A program made the position numbers and the translations under genes. Shown in pieces: positions 1-11,975 of a DNA stretch of 64,000 nucleotides. The DNA lies in the NCBI GenBank assembly GCA_964016885.1, contig OZ024746.1, forward strand, positions 61,876,001 through 61,940,000, in the 5' to 3' direction. The notes beneath the pieces were generated by a model, which was given only the letters and a program-made list of their open reading frames with translations, was not told where the DNA came from and made no database searches. Source of the stretch: Eledone cirrhosa. Lineage: Eukaryota. The first letter of the stretch is position 1, and the number at the start of each line of letters is the position of its first letter.

Positions 1-287
1 TGTGTGTGTGTGTGTGTGTGTGTGCGTGTATGTGTGTGTGTATGTGTGTATGTATGTGTGTGTATGTATGTATGTATATGTGTGTATGAATGTGTGTGTA
101 TGTGTATATATGTATGTGTGTGTGTGTGCACGTGTGTATGTATGTGTATGTATATGTGTGTATATATGTGTGTATATATGTGTGTATGTGCGTGTGTATG
201 CATGTGTATGTGTGTGTGTATTTGTATATATGCATGTGTGTGTGTGTATGTATGTATGTGTGTGTATATGTATGTATGTGTCTGTAT
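1..287. repeat. (TG)n/(TATG)n compound microsatellite
   Basis: Direct reading. Confidence 0.95.
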
Positions 288-399
288 GAGGTCACGTGTA
301 TTTGCCAATCACCATATTGTATCCGCGCTTGCTAATGACTATAATGTCAGCAATATAACATTTTAAGACTTTCCTGTTATTACAGTTTCACAATAATTT

Positions 400-2022
400 T
401 GGTGGTGGTGGTGGTGGTGGTGGTAATGTTGGTGGTGGTGGTGGTGGTGGTGGTGGTGGTGGTGGTGGTGGTGGTGGTGGTGGTGATGGTGGTGGTGGTG
501 GTAATGTTGGTGGTGGTGGTGGTGGTGGTGGTGGTGGTGGTGGTGGTGGTGGTGGTGGTGGTGATGGTGGTGATGGTGGTGGTGGTGGTAATGTTGGTGG
601 TGGTGGTGGTGGTGGTGGTGGTGGTGGTGATGGTGGTGGTGGTGGTATTGGTTGTGGTGATGGTGGTGGTGGTGGTATTGGTTGTGGTGATGGTGGTGGT
701 GGTGGTGGTGGTGGTGGTATTGGTTGTGGTGATGGTGGTGGTGGTGGTGGTGGTGGTGGTGGTGTTGGTGGTGGTGGTGGTAATGTTGGTGGAGGTGGAG
801 GAGGTGGTGGTGGTGGTATTGGCGGCGTTGGTGGTGGCAGCGGTGGTGGTGGTGGTGGTGGTGGTGGTGGTGGTGGTGGTGGTGGTGGTGGTATTGGTTG
901 TGGTGATGGTGGTGGTGGTGGTATTGGTTGTGGTGATGGTGGTGGTGGTGGTATTGGTTGTGGTGATGGTGGTGGTGGTGGTGGTGGTGGTGGTATTGGT
1001 TGTGGTGATGGTGGTGGTGGTGGTGGTGGTGGTGGTGGTGGTGGTAATGTTGGTGGAGGTGGAGGAGGTGGTGGTGGTGGTGGTATTGGCGGCGTTGGTG
1101 GTGGCAGCGGTGGTGGTGGTGGTGGTGGTGGTGGTGGTGGTGGTATTGGTTGTGGTGATGGTGGTGGTGGTGGTAATGTTGGTGGTGGTGGTGGTGGTGG
1201 TGGTGGTGGTAATGTTGGTGGTGGTGGTGGTATTGGTTGTGGTGATGGTGGTGGTGGTGGTAATGTTGGTGGTGGTGGTGGTGGTGGTGGTGGTGGTGGT
1301 AATGTTGGTGGTGGTGGTGGTATTGGTTGTGGTGATGGTGGTGGTGGTGGTATTGGTTGTGGTGATGGTGGTGGTGGTGGTAATGTTGGTGGTGCAGGTG
1401 GTGGTGGTGGTATTGGTTGTGGTGATGGTGGTGGTGGTGGTGGTGGTAATGTTGGTGGTGGTGGTGGTGGTGGTGGTATTGGTTGTGGTGATGGTGGTGG
1501 TCGTAGTGGTGGTCATGGTGGTGGAGTTGGTGGTGGTGGTGGTGGTGATGGTGGTGGTGGTGGTGGTAGTGGTGGTAGCAGTGGTGGTGGTGGTGATGGT
1601 TCCAGTGGTGATGGTGGCGTTGGTGGTGGTGGTGGTGGTGGTGGTGGTGGTGGTAGTGCTGGTAGCAGTGGTGGTGGTGGTGGTGATGGTGGTGAGGATT
1701 TCGACCATCATCACCACCATCAACATCATCATCTTAAGTATGCTGTTCTTATTGTTATTGTTGTTGATGTTGTTGATGTTGTCTTTGTTGTTCTTGTTGT
1801 TTTTGTTGTTGTTTTTGTTGTTATTACTTTTCTTGTTGTTGTTATTGTTGTTGTTGCTTATGTTGTTGCTGTTGTTGTCATTATTATTATTATTTTCTTT
1901 CATTTATTTTAATGAGGTGATTAGATTGTTTTAATCCATTCCCTCTCACCCTTGAAATTAGCCCTTGGAAAAGTTGGCGGTGATAATGACTACACCACCA
2001 CCACTACCACCGCCACTACACC

Positions 2023-2053
<31 letters not shown>

Positions 2054-2475
2054 CCACCACCACCACCACCATCATCGCCATCACCGTCACCACCACTGCC
2101 ACCACCAACACTCCACCAGCACTACCACTAACACCACCACCACTTCCATCACCACCACCAACAACAACAACACTACCACCACCACCACCACCACTACCGC
2201 TACCACCACTAACACCACCACCATCAGTACCACGGTGGTGGTGGTGGTGGTGGTGGTGGTGGTGGTGGTAATGGTGGTGGTGGTGGTGGTAATGGTGGAG
2301 GTGGTGGTGATGGTGGTGGTGGTGTTTGTGGTGTTTGTGATAGTGGTGGTGGTAATGGTGGTGGTGGTAGTGATGGTGGTAATGGTGGTGGTGTTGGTGG
2401 TGTTGGTGGTAATGGTGGAGGTGGTGGTAGTGGTGGTTTTTTGTGGTGTTTGTGATGGTGGTGGTGGTAGTGGTG
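400..2475. repeat. Compound trinucleotide array: (GGT)n 400-1695, (TTG)n 1750-1890, (ACC)n 1990-2230, (GGT)n 2233-2475
   Basis: Direct reading; accounts for the poly-T/V/H ORFs. Confidence 0.95.
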
Positions 2476-2763
2476 TAGAACCGGTGTGGATGGAAGTGGC
2501 CAAGTGTGACAAACAACCAAACAAAGAATTCTAATATCTTTTAATTTGGCCATGAATCAATGTTTCTCCGCCATTATTTATTTATTTATTTATTTATTTG
2601 TTTGTTTGTTTGTTTGTTTGTTTGTTTAAAGTTAGGAGAAATCTTGCTGACATCTGTCTAATGTAAAGTTGTTATCGATAGTGACCGAACATTCAAACCG
2701 CGGCCATTGTACATGGGACAATTTGCAAATTATCCCATCTTTTAGATATTGCTTCTTTCGTTT

Positions 2764-2832
<69 letters not shown>

Positions 2833-3011
2833 GTTGTTTCTACTTTTGGCACAAGGCCAGTAATTACCCAGTGCATTACTGGTACTTTATTTTATCAACC
2901 CCGTAAGGATGAAAAGCAAAGTTAACCTCGGCGAGATTTGAACTGAGATCATAAAGGGGAGTAACTCTTTGATGCAAAGCATGGCGTCCAACCCTCTACT
3001 GATACTGCCAA
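2833..3011 (-). mobile_element. tRNA-derived SINE, family A (about 180-200 bp, (TTA)n tail)
   Basis: Reverse complement has A-box-like TGGCAGTATC, B-box-like GAGTTCAAATC and the core CCTTACGGGGTCGATAAAATAAAGTACCAG; about 20 copies in the window. Confidence 0.85.
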
Positions 3012-3200
3012 TAATAATTTGAAGACTAAAATCTAAAGAGGGCTCGATAAGGATAAATATATATCAAATATATAAGAACCGTAGAGCAAATATTTATTAA
3101 AATAACAGATTAGAGTTTAATCAAAGAATCGCTGCTTTCCCCCTTAACGGGATCTTCTGAAACTAAGAAAATCAATCTGTGAACGCAGAAGTAAATATAA
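3012..3200 (-). mobile_element. Hammerhead-bearing short element, family H2 (CAGAAGA core variant)
   Basis: Near-identical to 44660-44855 and 60422-60585; hammerhead-like fold at 3114-3164 (-). Confidence 0.65.
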
Positions 3201-3524
3201 GACGATACTTTGGTTCGTGGAAACGTTCCCTGAGCAAAGAACGGGAAAAAATCGAAGATAATACGATTATTTGGAGCGGTGAAAAACAATTACACGCAAA
3301 GACAAAACCGCGTTTATGGTATAAATGAAGTCGTAGACTAATATTCTATTTAGGTGGTTCGGGTAGTCGTTCCCTGGCAATGAATGGAAAAAACGAAGAT
3401 AATACGTCATTATGAGGAACGTGAGAACAATTACACGCAAAGACAAAATAAATAGATAGACTGATAGGCAAATAGATAGATATATACATGGATAGACCTA
3501 TTGAAAGATAGCTAGTTAGCTAGC

Positions 3525-3608
<84 letters not shown>

Positions 3609-3856
3609 GAGAGAGAGATAGGCACTTGGAAAGGGGGAGGGAGGCAGAGTGAAAGAGAAAAGAAGAGAGAAGTGTCACACAAAGATGAAGAAATAATGAA
3701 AGAGAAATCGAAAAAGAGAATAAAATGAAAAAATGAAAAAGAAGGAATTAGTGAATATCTTCCCTGTATTATTCTGTTTTTCTCTTTCATTTACCATTCC
3801 ATCCTTGTCCCCCCTCTCTCTATATGCACATACACACACACACACATATATATATA

Positions 3857-4199
3857 ATCATCATCATCATTTCATTTTACGTCCGCTTTTTCCCTGCTTG
3901 CAAGGGTGGGACGTGAACTGATTCTGGCTTGATTTCTACAGCTGGATGCCCTTCCTAACACCAACCTCATTTACAGTGAGTGCCGGGTGCTTTTTTGCCG
4001 TGGCACCTCCATGACCACTTTGCAGTGGAATGATATGGACCCCAGTCCTTATCATCTCATTTCTACAGCTGAGTAAACTGGAGCAATGTGAAATAAAGTG
4101 TCTTGTTCAAGGAAACAACACATCAGCCGGTCTGAGAATTGAACTCACAACCTTTCGATTGCAAGGCCAATGCTCTAACCACTAAGCCATGTGCCTCCA
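3857..4199 (-). mobile_element. tRNA-derived SINE, family B ((ATG)n tail)
   Basis: Minus strand: TGGCTTAGTGGTTAG (A box), GAGTTCAATTC (B box), TCCTTGAACAAGACACTT core; (CAT)n on +. Confidence 0.75.
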
Positions 4200-4516
<317 letters not shown>

Positions 4517-5204
4517 ATAATATTAATAATAATAGTATTTATACTTATATAATCTATATATTCTGTATATATGTATATATACATATATAAACTTGTATAT
4601 ATATGTATACACACACACACACACATATATATATAGTTTAAATTCTTATTAAACATTTATCACTTTGATGATTTCCAAAGCTTGTCATAAAAAGTATTTC
4701 CTGATAAATATTTCAATCCCTGTGGACAGACGACATAGCTCTAAAAGAACTAGATAATTTATACAAATATGAATTCTGGAAATATTGTTGTCCAGTATGT
4801 AAGTGTGAAAAGCAGAAACAATCCCAATATTAATAGTTATGCTGTGAATGAAAATAAAGCAAAACTTAAAAACAAAATTATGATTGAGCTGTCACATATA
4901 CAACAGTCTACGACAAATAGCATTACTAAGCTTTGTGTCGTACTTAACAAAGAATATTATCAACATAATAAAACATATATCAGTCCCAAAGCACAAACAT
5001 CTGCTTCGGTTAAGCAATTAAAACATGTAAGTCTTTTAACAACATAACAATAAAACAATGTTGAGTAAGGCTTTTTTTTCTTTTTTAGTAGCTGTGTCTC
5101 TATATAAACAAACCAGTAATACGCTGGGGTGAGGAGTTTCGCGAAGTCTATGGAATATCAATTTTTAAACCGAAAGTTAGCAAAAATTCGTAATCTGTAT
5201 TTAA

Positions 5205-5413
5205 CTCTTTAGCATTTAAACTGACCATATCCGGCTAGAAATCTTTCACCTCTTTCTGTTAAAACTGGCTGTAACCGGCCACTCATACTGATGTTAAGGT
5301 ATTGTTCTCATAATAAATAATATCAAAATCTCATAGATTCGATAATTATGTATGGTAAAGCCTTTACTGTGAAAATATAATAATAAATATAGAGTAATGT
5401 AGATGCTAAAGGG
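5205..5413. mobile_element. piggyBac-type MITE
   Basis: TTAA at 5201-5204 and 5414-5417 flanks terminal inverted repeats CTCTTTAGCAT / ATGCTAAAGGG. Confidence 0.7.
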
Positions 5414-5477
5414 TTAAAGTGACACATTCTGAGTTCCATAAATTGATACATCCACTTAGTTAGGATGGATCCTTAAG

Positions 5478-5810
5478 ATGGCTTAGTGGTTAGAGACTTG
5501 GATTCACAACCGCGATCATGTGAGTTCGATTCCTTAAGCGGACGACGCGTTATATTCTTGTGTCAAAAACTTTATTTCCCATTGTTCCAGTTTACTCCGC
5601 TTTAGAAATAAGTTATGACGACACTGGCGCCAAGCTGTGTCTGCCATTGCCTTTTCCTTGGACAACATCGATGGCGTAGAATGGGAAGACTGGTATGCAT
5701 GGGTGACTGCTGGTCTTCCACAAAAACATCTTGCCCGGTCATGTGTCTTAGAGTGGAACTTTCAAGATGTAAAACCTTTGGTTATTTATGACCTAAAGGG
5801 GTCTTTATGA
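5478..5810 (+). mobile_element. tRNA-derived SINE
   Basis: TGGCTTAGTGGTTAGAG ... GAGTTCGATTCC pol III boxes followed by a SINE-like body. Confidence 0.65.
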
Positions 5811-5949
5811 CAAATAATTGATCTATTTTAAAATACTTTCTGATTCTTTAATTTTTGGTGGCAAAAGGAAGGTTTGTTTTAGCCAGTGCGAAGTGTAGTT
5901 CTGATGGTTAACACTACTCGTTAGATGTTCCTGCAGGAAGGCCAGGATA

Positions 5950-6293
5950 GTAGTGTGCAGATGTTTTAAACTGGCGCTCCGTCGGTTGCAACGGTGAGTG
6001 ATCCTGTTGATACAATCAATAGAACAGTTTGCTCGTAAAATTAACGTGCAAGTGGCTGAGCATTCCACACACCCACGTGTACCTTTAACATAATTCTGAG
6101 GGAGATTCAGCGTGACACAGAATGTCACAAGGCTGGTACTTCAAATTACTGGTACAACTCATTTTTGCCAGCTAAGTAGATTGAAGCAACGTAAAATAAA
6201 GTATCTTGCTGACGGACACAACGCACCCCCGAGAATCGAACGCACGACCTTATGATCGTAAGAAAAACGTCATAACCACTACGCCACGCGCCT
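5950..6293 (-). mobile_element. tRNA-derived SINE
   Basis: Minus strand GGCGCGTGGCGTAGTGGTTA ... GCGTTCGATTC, then TGTGTCCGTCAGCAAGATACTT core. Confidence 0.7.
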
Positions 6294-6375
6294 TAACTGC
6301 GGGTGTTTTAGTGACGGAATAGAGAGAGAAAACAAAGAGAAGAAAAAAATGAATAGAGAGAAAGAGAGAGAGAGG

Positions 6376-6458
<83 letters not shown>

Positions 6459-6782
6459 AGAGAAAGCGAGAGAGAGAGAGGAGTGGATGGAAGTGAGAAA
6501 AAGTGAGGTAAATCTGAGTCGTGTTAGTGAAGTGTGAGGGTCATATACATGGTCAGTCATCCGTGACGGCACCGGTGTCAGAGGTCACGTGGTCTGTCAT
6601 CCATGATGGCACCGGTGACATTAGCAGCCAACAGAGAAAGTAGAAAAAAAAAACTTTAAATGCCAGATTTATGAAAACTACAATAATAATAAAAAAAACA
6701 ACAAAAAAAAAAGATAAAAAAACAACCTAAAGAGTTAAAAGAGGTTTGGGTGGAGTCAGCAATTACGAAAATGAATTACAAC

Positions 6783-7113
6783 TTTATAAATAGGGAGACA
6801 CAAATCAGGCTTAGTTTACAAACGGCTAGCAAAATTTGAAAATTAGGTAGTAACATGTGCTTACGCCGTATTTGACTACATATAATTAGTCTGTTAGTTG
6901 GGATTTAAAAAAACCCTCTGAATGGAAAAAAGGATGAGTATTGACGTACATGGGACACGAAACCACATCTTTGGTTTGCCGGACCAATGTGTTACCATGA
7001 ATGGTACATCAATACTCATCCTTTTTTTTCATTCAGAGGTTTTTTTAAATCACAACTAACAGATTAATTCTATTTAGTCAAATACGGCGTAAGCACATGT
7101 TACTACCTAATTT
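6783..7113 (-). mobile_element. tRNA-headed element with fold-back inverted repeat (family T)
   Basis: Inverted arms 6840-6949 / 7004-7113 enclose a tRNA-like cloverleaf (6942-7010, -). Second copy at about 60765-61245. Confidence 0.7.
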
Positions 7114-7361
7114 ACAACATATCTGTTTCTACATGTGGCACAAGTTCAGTAATTTGATGGGAAGGGGACAGTCGATTTAATCTACCTCAGTGTGTTACTG
7201 GTACTTCATTTTATCGATCCTGTAAGAACGAAACGTAAAGCTAACATCGGTGCGCTTTGGAGTCAGAACATAAAGGGTTGTAACTAAATGCCGCAAAGTA
7301 TGTTGTCCGAAACTCTACCGAGACTGTCAATCCACCGACTTCATATCATATAGTAATAATA

Positions 7362-7548
7362 GTTTCTACTTTTGGCACAAGGCCAGCAATTATCCAGTTC
7401 ATTACTGGTACTTTACTTTATCGACCCCGTAAGGATGAAAGGCAAAGTTAACCTCGGCGGGATTTGAACTCAGAATGACAAGGGCCGTAACTCTATGCGT
7501 CAAAGCATGGCGTCCGACTCTCTACCGATACTGCCAATCCACCGCCCT
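7362..7548 (-). mobile_element. SINE family A (an older related copy is adjacent at 7125-7340)
   Basis: Matches the family A consensus. Confidence 0.85.
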
Positions 7549-7611
7549 TATATCATATAGTAATAATAGAAGTAAAAAATAACACCAAAAAAAAAACAAC
7601 AACAAAACAAC

Positions 7612-7945
7612 GAGGAAGCCTCTACATGGTCACTTCAGTTGCTCGAAGTAGCAACCATATTCCCTCAAATCATTTCCTACCGACCCAGAAAAGAAAAACA
7701 CATCAGATAAGATGCTTCTGTGTACATCCTGTCTAAAGACAAATATGAAATAGTAGAAATAGCAGTTAAATCTTTCTCATATATCATCATTTCATCTGTA
7801 AAAAGGAAGGACACGATAAAAAATAGGTTTTGGGGTACTCCATACCTACAAAAAAAAAAAAAAAAATCTAGATGGTGACGGCTGACATAACTTTGAGCAT
7901 AGATTCTGCTGGATCAGAACTGACCTTGGGTTAAAGAACAATAGC
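7612..7945 (+). mobile_element. Old interspersed repeat, family C (CTACATGGTCAC...TAGAAATAGCAGCCAAATC...GACCTGGGGCTAAAC(AAC)n)
   Basis: Diverged copies also at about 8030-8560, 8600-8790, 12860-12970(-), 15500-15680, 23185-23280, 54780-54970(-). Confidence 0.6.
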
Positions 7946-8137
7946 AACAGTAACAGAAACAACAACCAATACCAATAATAAAGCCAACAAAAAAGACCCA
8001 GTAGTTACAACAATTATAAACTAGCCAGAGAAGATCTACATGGCCAGTCTACATGTTAGAAATAGCAGCCAAATCTTTCTGACATCACATCATAATGTAG
8101 TCGTAGATACACCAGGCCTGAATAAAAGACGGGGCTC

Positions 8138-8518
8138 CACGACCGGGAGTCACGACTGAGAGTCACGACCGGGATTCACGACTGGGAGTTACGACCGAGA
8201 GTCACGACTGGGAGTCACGACCGCGGTCATGACTGGGAATCACGACCGGAAATCACGACTGGGAGTCACGACCGGGAATCACGACTGGGAATCACGACTG
8301 GGAGTCACGAGTGGGAGTCACCACCGGAAGCCACCACCGGAATTCACGAATAGGAGTCATGACCAGGAGTCACGACTGTGAGTGATGACTGGGAGTCACG
8401 ACCACGAGTCACGACTGGTAGTCACGACCGGGAATCACGACTGGGAATCACGACTGGGAGTCACGAGTGGGAGTCACCACCGGAAGTCACCGCCGGAATT
8501 CACGACTAGGAGTCATGA
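8138..8518. repeat. 13-bp minisatellite (GGGAGTCACGACT)n, about 29 copies
   Basis: Direct reading; a block near 8261-8360 recurs near 8417-8518. Confidence 0.9.
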
Positions 8519-8917
8519 CATCATAGCTCTGCTTGATCATGGTTGATTGGTGACTAAATAGTAACATCAACAATAACAACAATAGTAACACGTACAATAG
8601 GAATAAGGGAACCTCGATTTCGACTCTCATCTTGTAAGAAATAACAGTCAAATAGCCCTCAAATCGCACACATTAACCTTCTCCAATACATTGGAAAATG
8701 TCGCTGATATACAAAAAGGTAGGAGGGGCACGGCTGGGACGTCTTCAGTTATAGAGGTTCGCCATATCAGAGTTGACCCCAGTCTACACAACAACAACAA
8801 CAACAACAACAACAGTAACAAAACAACGACTTTAATAGCAGCAATAGAAACACATCAACAACAGCAACAAAAACATAGAAACATAGAAAAGCTAAAGCCA
8901 AACAACAACAACAACAA

Positions 8918-8968
<51 letters not shown>

Positions 8969-9278
8969 TACCTAAAGACAAAAACGAAAATCACAACAAT
9001 AAAATATGAAGGAGAGAGAAAGAGGAAGGTGTGGGTTTAACGAGACGAGTTTAAGTATAATGAACAGAGAGGAGTGATCGAGTGTGATAGGGGATCAAAT
9101 AGAGATGCACTCATGTGTAGGATCTGGGCGGAGCGATCTTGACTCGGCTGAATTGAAACCGCGAATGTCGCCCTTTTAAAGTCCTTATGTCAAGAGACAC
9201 TTAATGTGAGAATGTCTGTATGCATGTGTGTACACGTGTGTATGTATGTGAGTGTGAGGGCTTTGCGTCTGTGCATGC

Positions 9279-9331
<53 letters not shown>

Positions 9332-9415
9332 GTATGTATGTATATATATATATATATATACACACATATATATATATGTATATATATATATATCTATATA
9401 TATATATATATATAT

Positions 9416-9494
<79 letters not shown>

Positions 9495-9551
9495 TATATC
9501 TATCTATATATATATATATATAGATATATATATATATATATATACACACAC

Positions 9552-9586
<35 letters not shown>

Positions 9587-9622
9587 TATACGCATATATA
9601 TATATATACACATATATATATA

Positions 9623-9682
<60 letters not shown>

Positions 9683-9803
9683 CATATACACTCACACACA
9701 CACACACACATACTTCATATATATTTTTGTATGTATACATAGTTATGTATGTAGGTCATTCAGAGAGTAAGTAGCAATATAAAGATACAGAGGCATAGCA
9801 AAG

Positions 9804-9872
<69 letters not shown>

Positions 9873-9911
9873 TCCATATTTTCAATGTATACCAGATTAT
9901 ATTATTGCACT

Positions 9912-10272
9912 ATGCTTTCCAGCATAGTTACGTCCCTTTACGATCTGAGTTCAAATCCCCCCGAGGTTGACTTTGCCTTTCATCCTTACGGGGTCGATAA
10001 AATAAAGTACCAGTAATGCACTGGGTGTTTGCTGGCCTTGTGCCTAAAGTAGAAACAATTATTGCACTCTAAAGTACCAGTAATACACTGGGATAATTGC
10101 TGGCCTTGTGCCAAAAGTAGAAACAATTATTATTGCACTCTACATTCAAATCTGAGTTCAAATCCCGCCGGGGTTAACTTTGCCTTTCATCCTTACGGGG
10201 TCGATAAAATAAAGTACCAGTAATACACTGGGATAATTGCCGGCCTTGTGCCAAAAGTAGAAATAATTATTA
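9912..10272 (+). mobile_element. Tandem cluster of 5'-truncated SINE family A copies
   Basis: Three successive 3' ends GGCCTTGTGCC(A/T)AAAGTAGAAA, each followed by TTATTGCACTCTA. Confidence 0.85.
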
Positions 10273-10444
10273 TTGCACTCTACACATATATCGAGCATTC
10301 TCTTTTCAATAGAATAAAAAACAAGTTTTGAGATATATTTTAAGAGATATTTCTACATTTATAACACCAGTCTCTCGTGTAGAGCACTGCCTTATGTACA
10401 GAAGCAGCTAAGCGTACATGGCACATCATAAACGTAACCGCAGT

Positions 10445-10630
10445 GAATTGGCAGTATCGGCAAATGGTCGGACGCCATGCTTTCCAGCATAGAGTTACGT
10501 CCCTTTACGGCCTGAGTTCAAATCCCACCGAGGTTAACTATGCCTTTCATCCTTACGGGGTCGATAAAATAAAGTACCAGTAATGTACTGACGTAATTGC
10601 TGGCCTTGTGCCAAAAGTAGAAACAATTAT
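10445..10630 (+). mobile_element. SINE family A, near full length
   Basis: TTGGCAGTATCGG ... GAGTTCAAATCCC ... AGTAGAAACAATTA. Confidence 0.85.
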
Positions 10631-10759
10631 ATTCTTTGTTGGTATTCTTTGTTTGTACAAATACTAAAAAGAGATTTCTTTAAACATCCTTCTTGAGCGC
10701 GTTTAATTTAAATTTATACCACTAGCCATTTAGTAAGGTAGAATCGCTCGATAAACAGG

Positions 10760-11016
10760 ACCGTGGGGCGACTAGCACGTGAGACCCCATTTGGTCATAA
10801 TACAGAGAGATGGGGAGGGCAAAAAAGATAGAGGCGATGACAGTGGGAGTTCGGCTCTTCTGTGTTCGGACCTGGTGTGCAGCGTCAGTTATCTGCACAT
10901 GCTGCGACACGTTCTCTGCCTCCAACTTAACCGCTTCGGCCACAAACCCCAGCATCGCAGCCCGCCTCGCAGAAGAACGTAAAACAAACAAATACCGGGG
11001 TTTGTCCGGCCGCTTC
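10760..11016 (-). pseudogene. Rearranged fragment of an RLE-type non-LTR retrotransposon endonuclease
   Basis: Similar to pieces of 11760-12027 (e.g. ACAGTGGGAGTTCGGCTCTTC) but in a different order. Confidence 0.55.
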
Positions 11017-11127
11017 CATATTGAATAATGAATTTCTATAATGTCTATGTATGAAATATACATGTTAGGCATGATGGCTGTAATATAAAATTAACAAATA
11101 TATTCTTAATCAAGGTTGAACTGAAAT

Positions 11128-11298
11128 AATTGTTTCTACTTTTGGCACAAGGCCAGCAATTACCCAGTACATTACTGGTACTTTATTTTATCGACCCCGT
11201 AAGGATGAAAGGCAAAGTTAACCTCGGCGGGATTTGATCTCAGACCGTAAAGAGACGTAACTATGGTGGAAAGCATGGCGTCCGACTCTCTACCGATA
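11128..11298 (-). mobile_element. SINE family A
   Basis: Matches the consensus; interrupts a block that recurs uninterrupted at 12250-12418. Confidence 0.85.
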
Positions 11299-11569
11299 AA
11301 TGAAATCCAATTTCATTCACGCTTTCCTAAATCACATATGTTAAATTCGATGGTAAGCAGCAGGTCACCCGATAGCTCAGTAGGAAACATTACAACGTCG
11401 ACATTTTAATCATATCTCATTGTATACATACTGCCGACATATTACATTGTAACTATTAAAGGAAATAAACTTCGTTTAGGGACACAACACTATGGTAAAA
11501 GACGTGCGTCTGCATGTGAGAACACAGATACCTAAATATAGAATGTTACGCGATGCCCCCCCCACACAC

Positions 11570-11975
11570 ACAGTCCCGGCGGACAGGATGGAGAAGGAGT
11601 TCCCACGGAGGACGGCAAGGGAGATGCGTTGGAAAAGCCACTTCAACTCGCGGAGTTCACACCTGCGGCTGGCCAGCTCAGCGCCTATGGTGGTGAGTAG
11701 GGAGGTAGCCCTAGGGCCGAGGACACCAGAAGTTTCCATTGCCAGGGGTACAACCGCAAACCTGTCGGAGAGCGACCGGTATTTGAGGAGCTTGGCCTCC
11801 TCAGCCCGATGTGCAGCAAAACCTGGGTTAGTCGCAGACTGCACAAGGTTGTAGCTGGAGAGAGTGTCGGTGCAAGTGGCATCCCAGTTGAGGGGTTTGC
11901 CACCGCGGAACGGGAAGATGGTCATGCCATCTGGCCTTTTGCCGTTCCCTCGGTCCAGCCCCACCGGGTGAGGGC
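11570..11975 (-). mobile_element. C-terminal restriction-like endonuclease (PD-(D/E)xK) domain of a CRE-like non-LTR retrotransposon, 5'-truncated
   Basis: PVGLDRGNGKRPDGMTIFPFRGGKPLNWDATCTDT...KYRSL...PLAMETSGVLG...FQRISLAVLRGN is the typical RLE C-terminus. Confidence 0.85.

Noticed and set aside
380-2553. Mucin-like poly-Thr and poly-Val/His/Pro ORFs
   Set aside because: Translations of (GGT)n/(ACC)n; no signal peptide or unique domain.
6538-6620. Retinoic-acid response element (GGGTCA...TGGTCA, AGGTCA)
   Set aside because: Spacing and half-sites do not fit DR1/2/5; the region is a short local duplication.
6942-7010. Functional tRNA-Ala gene
   Set aside because: D-arm and T-arm are degenerate and it is embedded in a repeat; treated as an element head.
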